A DNA stretch of 64,000 bases from Deltaproteobacteria bacterium (GCA_052390235.1 JBQTHB010000007.1:64001-128000), one strand, 5' to 3'; counted from the stretch's first letter, positions 9,719 to 19,233 are shown. The notes: generated from the letters alone by a model not told the origin. Numbers and translations are program-made.

Positions 9719-10771
9719 CTAGTTGAGCGGGCGATTTAACGCCGGTGTTTTGTGGCTTGGGTTGTCGTACCAATCGAAGTATTTTCTCGCGTGGTCTCTG
9801 CCGGATTTTACGAGGTCGCGCTTGGTTTGATCTTTGAGTGAAAAATCCGTTGTGCCTACGCCGAGGGTGTCAATGTAAATCGTGCGGTGCCAGTCGTCGT
9901 TGTGGAGGTGCTGATTGGACTGAGCGTCGAGTATGGTTTTAACGAGGTTTGAGGCGTAATCGAAGAAGTCGTTGATTTTATTCACAGGCGGTTCGGCTTG
10001 GTCTCGGAATACGGCAATTTCTTTTGCGGAATCGAGCCTGAAGCCCAGGGTTTCTTTGTTATAGATGTAGTTGCTTAAGAATTTGCCTTCATTTTTGAGG
10101 GCTTCGTTGTGGGCTTTGTAGTAGGCAGTATCCATCGTGTGCTTGCTAAAATTGGCGATGTCAACGTATTTCTGCCTGTCAAAGAGTTTTACGGGGTAGT
10201 TGTCCAGTAGCCCTCCGTCAACATAAACGTCCCCTCTTAAACTCTTCTGGGCTTTAAAGAACAGCGGAATTGACATGGAAATCCGCACGGCATCAGCAAT
10301 TGGCATTCTTGGGGTGTGTTCGTAAGAGAAAACCTCGGCGAAGTGGGTCGAGACGTTTGCCCCGACAAAGTACATATCTTTAAATCCCTTTTTATCCTTT
10401 TGGTCGAACGCCTCTTTAAAGGTAGTCTCGCTATTTCCGGTTTTTGCCCAGATTCGCTCTGCAACCCACTCGCGGAAAAAATCGCCCTTATACCAGCCGT
10501 ATTCTTTTATAAGCCTCTCGCTGTCTCTCAGCAATCCCCATGAGTCGTCGAGGAATTTATTAAAATTGAGGGCGAATAAAATATCGCGCACCTCTTTATT
10601 CGTATATCCAAGCCCCAGCATCATCGCGTTTATAGCCCCGGCTGATGTGCCGCCGACGCGCTTTATCTGTGGCATGATGCCCTTGCTCTCCAACTCGTCC
10701 ATTGCCCCTACATAGGCGATTCCCTTAACGCCTCCGCCTTCAAACACGAGATTTCTAAATGGATAGTTCAT
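9719..10771 (-). CDS. Patatin-like phospholipase (likely start 10771)
   Basis: FEGGGVKGIAY, GTSAG nucleophile, YVDGG; SD GGAGG before MNYPFRN. Confidence 0.88.
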   Translation of the reverse strand: MNYPFRNLVFEGGGVKGIAYVGAMDELESKGIMPQIKRVGGTSAGAINAMMLGLGYTNKEVRDILFALNFNKFLDDSWGLLRDSERLIKEYGWYKGDFFREWVAERIWAKTGNSETTFKEAFDQKDKKGFKDMYFVGANVSTHFAEVFSYEHTPRMPIADAVRISMSIPLFFKAQKSLRGDVYVDGGLLDNYPVKLFDRQKYVDIANFSKHTMDTAYYKAHNEALKNEGKFLSNYIYNKETLGFRLDSAKEIAVFRDQAEPPVNKINDFFDYASNLVKTILDAQSNQHLHNDDWHRTIYIDTLGVGTTDFSLKDQTKRDLVKSGRDHARKYFDWYDNPSHKTPALNRPLN

Positions 10772-10966
10772 AGCGCCGCCCTCCGTTGTTTGGTTTCCAT
10801 GCTGTGGAATTGGGCAAAATCCGTGCCGCATGAATTCAGGCTCTAATAGCGCAGAAGAATCAGAAATATCGCCTGAATCCGGCAAATCCCACTATGAGAG
10901 GGCAAATCAGATGGTAAATTTACCCTGCGCTTTGGGTATTTTTACCATAGAGGCTACTGCTCCCGT

Positions 10967-11911
10967 ATGAAGCTCTCAGTCCTAATTCTCATATTTGCGG
11001 CTTTTGCCATAGCGTGCAGTGAAACGCAGGCTCAAACCCCTGCCCCGGCTAAAACTCCGAAGCTCAGTGGCAGGATAAATCACGGCGGCATTCAGAGAAC
11101 CTACGCATTGCACATTCCAAAGCTCTACGCCGGCAAGCGCTCCTATCCCCTTGTGATTGCGCTTCACGGTCTCGGCGGTAGCGGCGGGGGGATACGCCAA
11201 TCCCTAAAGCTCGACGACGCCGCCGACAAAATGGGGTTCATCATCGCGTATCCGGACGGCGTTGGGGCGAGCTGGGCTGATGGGGGAGGGGTTACGCCTG
11301 CCGATAGAGCCGGAGTTGACGACGTCGGATTTATCTCGGCTCTGATTGATAGTCTCGTAAGTAGCCTCAAAATTGACCCCCGGCGGGTTCATATCGTGGG
11401 GTTTTCAAACGGCGGGATGCTCGCCTACCGCTTAGCCTGCGAGCTGTCGGATGGGGTTGCCGCCGCCGCGTCGGTTATGGGGGCGATGACTGGAGGGATG
11501 CCGAGTGGTTGCCGCCTGCAAAGAGCGGTATCGCTGATGCACGTACACGGGATGGCGGATTTGATTGTACCTTGGGAGGGAGGCGAGGCGCGTATTGCCG
11601 GGGTTGAGGGGTGGAGGACATATTCGATTCCGTCGGGGGTGGAGATGTGGGGGAGGCTTCTGGGATGTTCTAGTGCCGCTATTGCTATTTATGAAATAGC
11701 TGGGCGAAACGTGATAAACCAAACATACGGGCGATGCTCCGGCGGAGCCGAGGTTGCTCTCTACGGGATAGTCGGCTGGGGACACGCCTTTCCCGGCGCG
11801 GTTAGAAAAATACCTCTTCCAGTTCCCTCGTTTAACCTCGCGCTAGAAATCGGACTGGAGGAAGCGATACTTCGCTTTTTTAATAGACATCGCCAAGCGA
11901 ATACTAATTAG
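10967..11911 (+). CDS. Exported PHB-depolymerase/LpqC-family alpha/beta esterase, probable lipoprotein
   Basis: AIAC lipobox, PLVIALHG, DDVGFI, GFSNGG, HGMAD, GHAFPG. Confidence 0.8.
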   Translation: MKLSVLILIFAAFAIACSETQAQTPAPAKTPKLSGRINHGGIQRTYALHIPKLYAGKRSYPLVIALHGLGGSGGGIRQSLKLDDAADKMGFIIAYPDGVGASWADGGGVTPADRAGVDDVGFISALIDSLVSSLKIDPRRVHIVGFSNGGMLAYRLACELSDGVAAAASVMGAMTGGMPSGCRLQRAVSLMHVHGMADLIVPWEGGEARIAGVEGWRTYSIPSGVEMWGRLLGCSSAAIAIYEIAGRNVINQTYGRCSGGAEVALYGIVGWGHAFPGAVRKIPLPVPSFNLALEIGLEEAILRFFNRHRQANTN

Positions 11912-11934
11912 GCAGGCTTAGGGGGTAAACTCCG

Positions 11935-12355
11935 CCGAGAAATCTTATAGCGATAGCGATAAATCCTCAATCAGATTGCTCTCTGTGTTCGGAATGACAA
12001 AGGGTGAGAGCGTTCGGAATGGCAGAGCCTGTCTGTCATTCTCACGAAAGTGGGAATCTAGAGCTTGACGGAGTTTATCCTGAGTTCATCGGAGGACTCA
12101 CTATGAAGGCATTGCCTACTGTGAAGAAAACTGGATTCCCGCTCAGATGATTTGCGGGAATGACAACCCTCCTGCATTGTCTTCAGTTGTTGCCTCCTCC
12201 GCGTCAACTTGCGCCGCCCCCCTGTTGTCATTTCGATGGAGCGCGTTAGCGACTGAGAAATCTTCACCCTGAGCGGAGTCAAAGGGCGATAAATCCTCAA
12301 TCAGATTGCTCTCTGCGTTCGGAATGACAAAGGGTGAGGCGTTGCGAGGATGACA
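11935..12355. repeat. Cluster of nested palindromic (REP/MITE-like) elements with a 53-bp direct repeat
   Basis: 11956-12008 and 12286-12338 differ at one base. TGTCATT...GGAATCT (12034-12059), GGATTCCCGC...GCGGGAATGACA (12133-12165), TGTCATTTCG...GAGAAATCT (12226-12263), CCCTGAGCGGAGTCAAAGGG (12267-12286). Confidence 0.8.
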
Positions 12356-12447
12356 AATTTAGCCGCCATCTATTGTTGCAAATTACCGCCAATTTTTGAG
12401 CATTTCCGCTTTGCTCGGTATTCTCAATGCTGGGGGAGGGATTTGTC

Positions 12448-13122
12448 ATGAACACGCCCGATCACGCTTATTGGACTTACGCGCTATTTCGTGGGAAGCC
12501 TTGGGTGGCTAAGGCGGCGGTTGCGTCCGTGCTTCCAGACCTGGCGTTTACTCTCTCTTCGATTTACTATTTTGCCGCCTATGGTTTCAGCATGAGCGTG
12601 TGGGACAGGGCTTTTCAAAGCGAGTTGGCGAAACCTCTTGCCTACGCCGCGCACTCAATACCGGTGTTTACGCTGATGCTTGCCGCGGCGATAATTGCCG
12701 GGAGACGGGGGTGGTTTCCGTACTTCTGGGGCTGGGGGCTTCATATCGCATCTGATGTGGCAACCCATGTCTCGGACGCTCAGCCCGTGCTTTGGCCCCT
12801 GTCCGATGCGGTGTTTCCAAGCGTCCTTTCCTATTGGGAGGATGCCTACTACGGAGGGGAATTTACGGCGGCGAACCTCGCGCTTCAGGGCGTTTTTGCC
12901 TTATATTTGCTGATGCCTCGAAGTAGCAAATTGTTTCAATCCAAGTCGGCAGGGCGCGCGGCGTTTTTTGGATTTTTCGCGCTCTATATTCTCTCGGGGC
13001 TGTTCTTAATGTTTAGGCACGGGTACATCATCGGAGGGGCGGCTGGGCTTTATTTGATTCCTCCGGCGCTGTTTCTATTGGTCGCGCTCAAATCGCTGGG
13101 ATTTGCGGGGAAGCGGGGCTAA
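12448..13122 (+). CDS. Membrane protein, metal-dependent hydrolase-like
   Basis: H..., LPDL, AHS, LHIASDVATH, LWPLS motifs; SD GGAGG before ATG 12448. Confidence 0.6.
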   Translation: MNTPDHAYWTYALFRGKPWVAKAAVASVLPDLAFTLSSIYYFAAYGFSMSVWDRAFQSELAKPLAYAAHSIPVFTLMLAAAIIAGRRGWFPYFWGWGLHIASDVATHVSDAQPVLWPLSDAVFPSVLSYWEDAYYGGEFTAANLALQGVFALYLLMPRSSKLFQSKSAGRAAFFGFFALYILSGLFLMFRHGYIIGGAAGLYLIPPALFLLVALKSLGFAGKRG

Positions 13123-13192
13123 TGGGAGATTTCGGCGATTCTCCTCTCGAATTTCTTAGGGATGGCGTAGAGATGACAAAATCGTATGAAAA

Positions 13193-14575
13193 ATGTCGAG
13201 CCGCAGGGGTAGTGCTATGAATAGCGGCGCCGCGCTTACTCGAAGGGCAATAATTTGGTTCAGAAGGGATTTGAGGGTTCAGGACAACTCCGCCCTCTGC
13301 CGCGCCGTGCGCGAGTGCGCCGAGGTGATTCCGCTTTTCATCCTCGACGACGATATAGTTCAGACTCTGCCGCCGAAGAGCAAACGCCTTAGATTCGTAC
13401 TTGACGCGCTTGAAAATCTCGATGCCGAACTCAGGGCGCTGGGTTCATATCTGATTGTTCTGAGGGGCCGCCCCGCTGAAATCCTCCCCAATCTCCTCCG
13501 CAAATACGCAGTTGCCGCCCTGTATGTGAATGAATCCAACACCCGCCAAGGGCTGAGCCGAGACGCCGCCATCGCATCAATCTGCAGGAGCGTGGGTGTC
13601 CAGTTCAACTCCTCGGACGACGCGCTCATTGTCCCGCTTGAGGCCGTGCCGGCGAGGAAGGTGTTCACCCCATTCTACAGGCTCTGGCTTGCGGCTCTCG
13701 AAAATAGGGATTTGCCCGCCGTCCGCGCTATTGAATCTCCACGCATCGAAATTGAGCATATATCGAAACTTCGGGAGGGCTTGAGCTATTCGGATGACAA
13801 TCTGTGGCGGATGGATTTTCCCCGCGCGCGGCTTCTCGATTTTGATTTCTGCCGCTACGGGGATGTGAGAAATTTCCCCGCCGTGGACGGGACATCGCGC
13901 TTATCACCCTATATTCGCTTCGGAGTGGTATCGGCTAGGGAAATTTATAGAGCCGCATCTTCCCTTCCCGGCGATGCTGGGGTCTATGTGTCGGAGCTTG
14001 CGTGGAGGGAGTTTTGGTATCACATCATGCGGCGCTTCCCGGAAACGGAAAAGCTCGAATTCCAAGAGAAGAGGCGCGGCATCGCATGGCTGAACAACGA
14101 GGCGCACTTCGAGGCGTGGAAGGAGGGCAGGACGGGCTATCCGATAGTTGACGCCGGGATGCGGCAACTCCTAGCGGAGGGCTGGATTCATAACAGGGTT
14201 AGGATGATTGTCGCATCGTTCCTGACTAAGGACCTGCTCATTGATTGGCGCTGGGGGGACAGGCATTTCTTTGACCACCTAGTTGACTACGACGAGACGG
14301 TTGACATTGGCAATTGGCAGTGGGCGGCGTCCGTCGGGGCAGACCCCAAACCGCTTAGGATATTTAATCCGATGCTGCAGTCCGAGAAATTTGACCCTGA
14401 ATGCCGGTATATAAAAAAATATGTGCCGGAGCTGCGGCGCTCTGAGCCTCGGCACATACACTCCCCGCTCGATTTCGACCTTCCCTATGTTCAGCCCATA
14501 GTGAACCACTTTGAGATGAGCCGCGTAGCCAAGGAGCTATATGCAAAATCGGAGCGCGGATTCTCTGATGTTTAG
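13193..14575 (+). CDS. phrB: Deoxyribodipyrimidine photolyase (start may be 13217)
   Basis: WFRRDLRVQDN, TSRLSPYIRFG, ELAWREF, TGYPIVDAGMRQL, HNRVRM, GNWQW, RIFNP. Confidence 0.93.
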   Translation: MSSRRGSAMNSGAALTRRAIIWFRRDLRVQDNSALCRAVRECAEVIPLFILDDDIVQTLPPKSKRLRFVLDALENLDAELRALGSYLIVLRGRPAEILPNLLRKYAVAALYVNESNTRQGLSRDAAIASICRSVGVQFNSSDDALIVPLEAVPARKVFTPFYRLWLAALENRDLPAVRAIESPRIEIEHISKLREGLSYSDDNLWRMDFPRARLLDFDFCRYGDVRNFPAVDGTSRLSPYIRFGVVSAREIYRAASSLPGDAGVYVSELAWREFWYHIMRRFPETEKLEFQEKRRGIAWLNNEAHFEAWKEGRTGYPIVDAGMRQLLAEGWIHNRVRMIVASFLTKDLLIDWRWGDRHFFDHLVDYDETVDIGNWQWAASVGADPKPLRIFNPMLQSEKFDPECRYIKKYVPELRRSEPRHIHSPLDFDLPYVQPIVNHFEMSRVAKELYAKSERGFSDV

Positions 14576-14590
14576 GGCTGTTGGAGCCGC

Positions 14591-15271
14591 TCACTTCACG
14601 CCCGTGTAAATTATGACCGTGCCGAGGGTAAGCTCCACTGATTTACAGTCGCGAAGTCCCGCCTCGCGCATGAGCGCTATAAACGCCTCTCTCTGCGGGA
14701 ATTTCGGTATTGACTCCGCTAAATAGTCGTATTCCTCGCGCGTTCCGAAAATTGAGCCTATAAGCGGCATAACGTTCTTCAGATAAAACATATAGGCAGG
14801 GCTAAGAACAGGGGTATTCGGCACGGCAAACTCCAGAATGCCGACTTTCCCCCCCGATGTCAATGCGCGCCTCATCTCCCTCAGCGATGCGAGCGGGTCA
14901 ACCGTATTCCTGATGCCGAACGCTATTGTTACGGCATCGAACGAGCCGCCCTCAAACGGCAGACCCTCGGCTACTCCCAAAATTAGCCTCATCCGCTCCC
15001 TCATTCCAAAGGAATCGAGTTTTCGCCCCGCAATCTCAAGCATCGCCTCGCTGGGGTCAATTCCCGTTGCCACGGACCTGGGATTTCGCCTCAAATACTC
15101 AATTGCCACTTCAGCCGTCCCCGTAGCAATATCGAGGAGATTGCCGCCATCCGCCCCGATTTCTCGGATGAGCCTGCGGCGCCACGACTTGTCAATTCCT
15201 AGGCTGAAGAGCGAATTTAGCCTGTCATAGTTCTTTGCCACTCGGTTAAAAAGGGATTTGGTCTCAGGCAT
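14591..15271 (-). CDS. menG: Demethylmenaquinone methyltransferase (MenG/UbiE)
   Basis: YDRLNSLFSLG, LDIATGT, AFGIRN, ILEF, YDYLAESI. Confidence 0.88.
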   Translation of the reverse strand: MPETKSLFNRVAKNYDRLNSLFSLGIDKSWRRRLIREIGADGGNLLDIATGTAEVAIEYLRRNPRSVATGIDPSEAMLEIAGRKLDSFGMRERMRLILGVAEGLPFEGGSFDAVTIAFGIRNTVDPLASLREMRRALTSGGKVGILEFAVPNTPVLSPAYMFYLKNVMPLIGSIFGTREEYDYLAESIPKFPQREAFIALMREAGLRDCKSVELTLGTVIIYTGVK

Positions 15272-15306
15272 TTGCGTACAGTCCTCTTCGGGTTTGGCTG
15301 ATGGTG

Positions 15307-16212
15307 TTAAAGCCGCTTCTCGATGGATTGGATAATTTTACTCATCTGCCTCGATTTATTAAGCACGTAGAAATGAATCCCTGGCGCGCCCATTTCGAGT
15401 AGCCCTAGGGCTTGGCTGATGCACCGGCGCACTCCAATTTCGCCTGCCGCCTCGTCGTTGTCGTTAGCGGCTTCGAGTTCGCTCTGCAAATCAGCCGGAA
15501 TGGACGCCCCGCAGAGCGATGCGATGCGCTGGATTTGTTTCGCCGAGAGTATGGGCATGAGTCCCGGCACGACGGGGTTTGTGATTCCAGCCGCTCTCAC
15601 GCGCTTGACGAAGTCAGAATAGAGGGCGTTATCGAAAAAAAGCTGGGTGATGATAACATCCGCTCCGGCGGCGACCTTGCGCCTGAGGTTGTCAATATCG
15701 GCGTCAAAACTCGCGGCTTCGATGTGTTTTTCCGGGTATCCGGCGACGGCGATTCCGAATGCGCCATCTCCGAGGCTTCCCTCAAATTTCCTAATGGCGC
15801 GGACTAAATCCGAGGCGTAGGCGTATCCCCCGTCGGCGGGTATGAAGGTCGTCTCTCCTGCCGGCGGGTCTCCTCTAAGGGCTATGATGTTGCGTATCCC
15901 GAGGCTCTTGATTTTGACGAGCGTGCGCGTTATTTCGCTCTCCGACGAGCCGACGCAGGTGAGGTGGCACGCCGTCTCGATATTGAAATTTTCCTTAATA
16001 TAGGATGCGATATCGAGCGTTTTTACCTGAGTTGAACCCATTGCCCCGTAGGTTACGGTTATAAAATCTGGCATTAGCCCGATGAGCTCTGGCAGTTCCT
16101 TTTTAAGGCTCGCCATGCCCGCCTCGGTTTTGGGAGGGAAAAGCTCAAAGGAGATTACTGGTTTTTTATTCTCGGAGTTGATAAAAAATTCGCTCAGTAG
16201 CATGGCTTTCAA
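15307..16212 (-). CDS. metF: 5,10-methylenetetrahydrofolate reductase
   Basis: SFELFPPK, VTYGA, HLTCV, ALRGDPP, VAGYPEKH, ITQLFFD, HFYVLN. Confidence 0.94.
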   Translation of the reverse strand: MKAMLLSEFFINSENKKPVISFELFPPKTEAGMASLKKELPELIGLMPDFITVTYGAMGSTQVKTLDIASYIKENFNIETACHLTCVGSSESEITRTLVKIKSLGIRNIIALRGDPPAGETTFIPADGGYAYASDLVRAIRKFEGSLGDGAFGIAVAGYPEKHIEAASFDADIDNLRRKVAAGADVIITQLFFDNALYSDFVKRVRAAGITNPVVPGLMPILSAKQIQRIASLCGASIPADLQSELEAANDNDEAAGEIGVRRCISQALGLLEMGAPGIHFYVLNKSRQMSKIIQSIEKRL

Positions 16213-16373
16213 TTTCGACGTTTATGTTACTTAATTCGCCCGTTTGATGCAAGCGACGACTGTTGATGTGGCAGGGGCGCGATAAATCCTCTTTTTAGTA
16301 GAGCGGGGAGGGGGCGCAGATACGCAATCGCTCGCTCTGGCGGTTATATGATATTAATATAATTTCCCACCCC

Positions 16374-16417
16374 TTGACAATCTATTCGCCCATTATATAA
16401 TATTGATAATCAATATC
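16374..16417 (+). promoter_or_regulatory. Consensus sigma70 promoter overlapped by a Fur box
   Basis: TTGACA 16374-79, 16 bp, TATAAT 16396-401. AATATTGATAATCAATATC (16399-417) matches GATAATGATAATCATTATC at 16/19. Confidence 0.8.
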
Positions 16418-16513
16418 AGCAACAGTGAGTTTGGTTCAATTTCATTAGACGGAAGCAGGGCAGGCTCTATTTACTCTCCTCTCTTAACTACCGACTGCCC
16501 TGCTTCCACTTTT
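16408..16513 (+). ncRNA. Candidate Fur-repressed small RNA (about 105 nt)
   Basis: Lies between the Fur-boxed promoter and a perfect 13-bp stem (16451-63/16495-507) plus ACTTTT; CU-rich 31-nt loop; no credible ORF. Confidence 0.55.
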
Positions 16514-16563
16514 CGATTCCCGCTTGATTCCCGACAAAAATCAACCGATATTATTAGGCGTAC

Positions 16564-17571
16564 ATGGCGCCAATCCTCTTAATTCTCGCCTCAATATTAT
16601 TTTCTGCCCAAAAGCCGTTTCTGGTCGAGAGGGCTTTTTTCGCCATGGGGTCGGCTATTGAATTTAAGGTCTATTGCGGCGAGATGCGAGAGGTCTGCAA
16701 CGAGAAAATATTCAAGTCATACCTGGAGGTCAAACGCCTCGACGATATTCTCAGCAACTATAAGCCAGATAGCGCCCTGTCTCGCCTCAACTCCCGCGCC
16801 GGCATGGGGAAAACCCCGGCGCCGAAGGAGCTATTCGATATTGCCAGCCGCTCGTTGCATTTCTCTGAACTCACGGACGGGGCTTTCGACATATCAGTAG
16901 GAAAGCTCGTGGATCTGTGGAAGGAGGCGGCAAGGGCGAAGAAAATCCCCGAGAGAAAATTAATTAAAGATACCGCGTCAAATTGCGTCGGCAATAGACA
17001 CATTAAGCTCTATCCCGATACGCTAGAGATTGAGACGACCTCTGATTGTCTGCTCATTGATTTCGGGGGCATCGGCAAGGGATACGCCGTTGACAGAGCC
17101 ATAGAATCGCTAAAATCCCAGGGGATTCGCTCGGCTCTTGTGAATTTCAGCGGAAATATCTACGCCCTCGGCGCGCCTCACGAGGAGCCAGCATGGGTGG
17201 TAGGGGTAAAGCATCCGACGAAAGTGGGAGAATTTCTCGCCTTCATCGCTATTCGAGACGCAGGGGTTTCAACTTCCGGCGACTACGAGCGCTACAGCTT
17301 AATCGAGGGAAAGCGCCACTCTCATATCATTGACCCAAGAACGGGCGCTCCTGTGGAGTCCATCCCGTCGGTAACCGTTGTATCCAAGAGCGCGACTGAT
17401 GCGGATGCCCTGTCAACGGCGTTTTCGGTCATGGGGGAGTCCGGCGCGCGCGGTGTTTTGAGGAAATTCTCGGATACGGGAGCGATGATTATAACGCGGC
17501 AGAGGGGCGGAGCGCTCAAGGTATATGAGAGCGAATTATTTAAGTCTCTGCGGGTTTCAGGGCGGGACTAG
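16564..17571 (+). CDS. apbE: FAD:protein FMN transferase ApbE
   Basis: AMGS, TDGAFDISVG, DFGGIGKGYAVD, STSGDYERY, HIIDPRTG, ADALSTA. Confidence 0.93.
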   Translation: MAPILLILASILFSAQKPFLVERAFFAMGSAIEFKVYCGEMREVCNEKIFKSYLEVKRLDDILSNYKPDSALSRLNSRAGMGKTPAPKELFDIASRSLHFSELTDGAFDISVGKLVDLWKEAARAKKIPERKLIKDTASNCVGNRHIKLYPDTLEIETTSDCLLIDFGGIGKGYAVDRAIESLKSQGIRSALVNFSGNIYALGAPHEEPAWVVGVKHPTKVGEFLAFIAIRDAGVSTSGDYERYSLIEGKRHSHIIDPRTGAPVESIPSVTVVSKSATDADALSTAFSVMGESGARGVLRKFSDTGAMIITRQRGGALKVYESELFKSLRVSGRD

Positions 17572-17688
17572 GCGATATGCGCGCTGTAGAGTGGAGGGGC
17601 GGTCATTTCTCATTATAGAGGCGTTTCATGGCTAAATTCTGCTAAGCCGCAATTTTGAATATGGCATTCAAAAAATGCCGATATATTC

Positions 17689-17734
17689 TTGACATGGAGT
17701 GCTATCTCCTGATATGATATTGATATTGATTATC
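17689..17734 (+). promoter_or_regulatory. Promoter with Fur box upstream of porin gene
   Basis: TTGACA 17689-94; TGnTATGAT 17710-18; GATATTGATATTGATTATC (17716-34) matches Fur consensus at 16/19. Confidence 0.78.
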
Positions 17735-17762
17735 AGTAAATATCAAAGGAGGAAGCAGAGAG

Positions 17763-19136
17763 ATGATAAACACAAGTAAGGTGTTACTTGCGTTTCTTTT
17801 GGTTGCGCTGTGCGCGGCGCCTATAGCTACGGTTTATGCCCAAGAGACCAGCCAGGAGAAGAGAATTCAAGACTTGGAGACCAAACTCAGGGGCGTTACC
17901 GACGAGCTTCAGAAACTAAAATCCGACGGAATGCCCGATGACCGCCTCAAATCCATCGAGGATAAGATTCAAGTCCTAGCCGATGAGATTGAAAATATTA
18001 AATCCGCCTCAGTTGTCCAGGAGCCTACCTACCAGGAGGCTTTCGGTCTCGCTCCGGCGGCATCGAAGGTCTATTTTGTGGGCAAGGGGCTTTCCTTGGG
18101 CGGATACGGCGAGCTTGCCGTTACTGAATTCAGGGAGGACAGCGACAATGTGATTGACGCGCTTCGAGTGATTCTGTACGCCGGATACAAGTTTACGGAT
18201 AGAATTGTATTCAACTCCGAAATTGAATTTGAACACGGCACAACCGGGACCAACCGGGACGGGCAGTCGGGTTCAGTATCGGTAGAATTTGCGACGCTCG
18301 ATTTTTTCATCACCGACTATTTTAACCTCAGGGGAGGGCTAGTGCTCGTTCCCTTTGGCACTATAAACGAGGTGCATGAGCCGACGACCTTCTTCGGAGT
18401 GCTGAGACCAGAGGTCGAAAGACTCATCATCCCCTCCACTTGGAGAGAGAACGGCGCGGGGATATTTGGCGAGATTGCCGGTCTGGATTACAGGGTTTAC
18501 GTCATAAACAGCTTTGATTCCAGAGGATTCAGGGCGAATGAGAACAGGGGCGCGAGAACCAGCGGCAACAGGGGCAGAATCAACGACCCGGCGGCTGTGG
18601 GAAGGGTTGAATATGACCCGTTCCCCGGGCTTAGATTCGGAGGCTCGTTCTTCATCGGTCAGACAGGGCAGAACGAGAGCGCGAACGGCGAAAAAATAGA
18701 TGGGCTTTTCCAGATGTACGAAGCCGACGTTCAGTTCCAGTGGGCTGGGCTTGAGACAAAGGTGCTCTTTGTGTACTCGTTCCTCGACGACGCGGATTTA
18801 ATCAACATCAATAACGGGCTTGAAGGAAACGCCTCTATAGGTGAGGAGCAGTACGGATTCTACGTCGAAGCCGGATACAATCTACTTTCTCTGGCAGATT
18901 TCGGTTCTTATTTTGAGTATCTTGCCCCGTTTGTGAGATATGAGAAATACGACACTCAGCGCGAGGTGCCGTCTGGATTCGAGAGAAATCCCGCGAACGA
19001 CCGCGAGACCGTAACCGTGGGCGTCAACTATAAACCCATTAAAAACGTGGTCATAAAAGCTGATTACAGCTTCAGGGACAATGAAGCCGGCACGGCCACA
19101 GACGCGTTTAACTTAGGGCTTGGATATGTGTTCTAA
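17763..19136 (+). CDS. Outer-membrane beta-barrel porin (OprO/P-like) with N-terminal coiled coil
   Basis: Signal peptide, coiled coil, LGGYGE, NSEIEFEHG, INEVHEPTTF, IIPSTW, C-terminal GLGYVF; SD AAGGAGG. Confidence 0.8.
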   Translation: MINTSKVLLAFLLVALCAAPIATVYAQETSQEKRIQDLETKLRGVTDELQKLKSDGMPDDRLKSIEDKIQVLADEIENIKSASVVQEPTYQEAFGLAPAASKVYFVGKGLSLGGYGELAVTEFREDSDNVIDALRVILYAGYKFTDRIVFNSEIEFEHGTTGTNRDGQSGSVSVEFATLDFFITDYFNLRGGLVLVPFGTINEVHEPTTFFGVLRPEVERLIIPSTWRENGAGIFGEIAGLDYRVYVINSFDSRGFRANENRGARTSGNRGRINDPAAVGRVEYDPFPGLRFGGSFFIGQTGQNESANGEKIDGLFQMYEADVQFQWAGLETKVLFVYSFLDDADLININNGLEGNASIGEEQYGFYVEAGYNLLSLADFGSYFEYLAPFVRYEKYDTQREVPSGFERNPANDRETVTVGVNYKPIKNVVIKADYSFRDNEAGTATDAFNLGLGYVF

Positions 19137-19161
19137 ATCTGGTTAAATATCTTCCGACTTT

Positions 19162-19210
19162 AGTGGGGGGAGGGCAGGCGCATCCGTACACGGCGGCCTC
19201 TCCCCCCGCT
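19162..19210 (+). other. Intergenic GC-rich hairpin after porin gene
   Basis: AGTGGGGGGAG...CTCCCCCCGCT; no U-tract. Confidence 0.55.
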
Positions 19211-19233
19211 CTATCAGTGAGCGTCAAAGTTCG

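Noticed and set aside
9555..9773. 72-aa ORF as a nuoM remnant
   Set aside because: No hydrophobic NuoM character; it overlaps the patatin 3' end and spans the nuoN promoter.
9719..10771. Patatin as a CBASS CapV effector
   Set aside because: No CD-NTase or other defence gene adjacent.
12058..12300. 80-aa ORF in the repeat cluster
   Set aside because: It is translation of palindromic repeat DNA with no protein features.
11956..12338. CRISPR array
   Set aside because: Only two 53-bp copies 330 bp apart, no regular spacers, no cas genes.
16425..16448. Seven-codon mini-ORF (GTG...TAG) as a leader peptide
   Set aside because: No SD and no informative codon run; expected by chance.
16451..16510. 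FMN riboswitch upstream of apbE (CAGGGCAGG resembles its 5' end)
   Set aside because: The following GAAATTCC..ACCGGCGGT core is absent, and the segment instead forms one simple stem.
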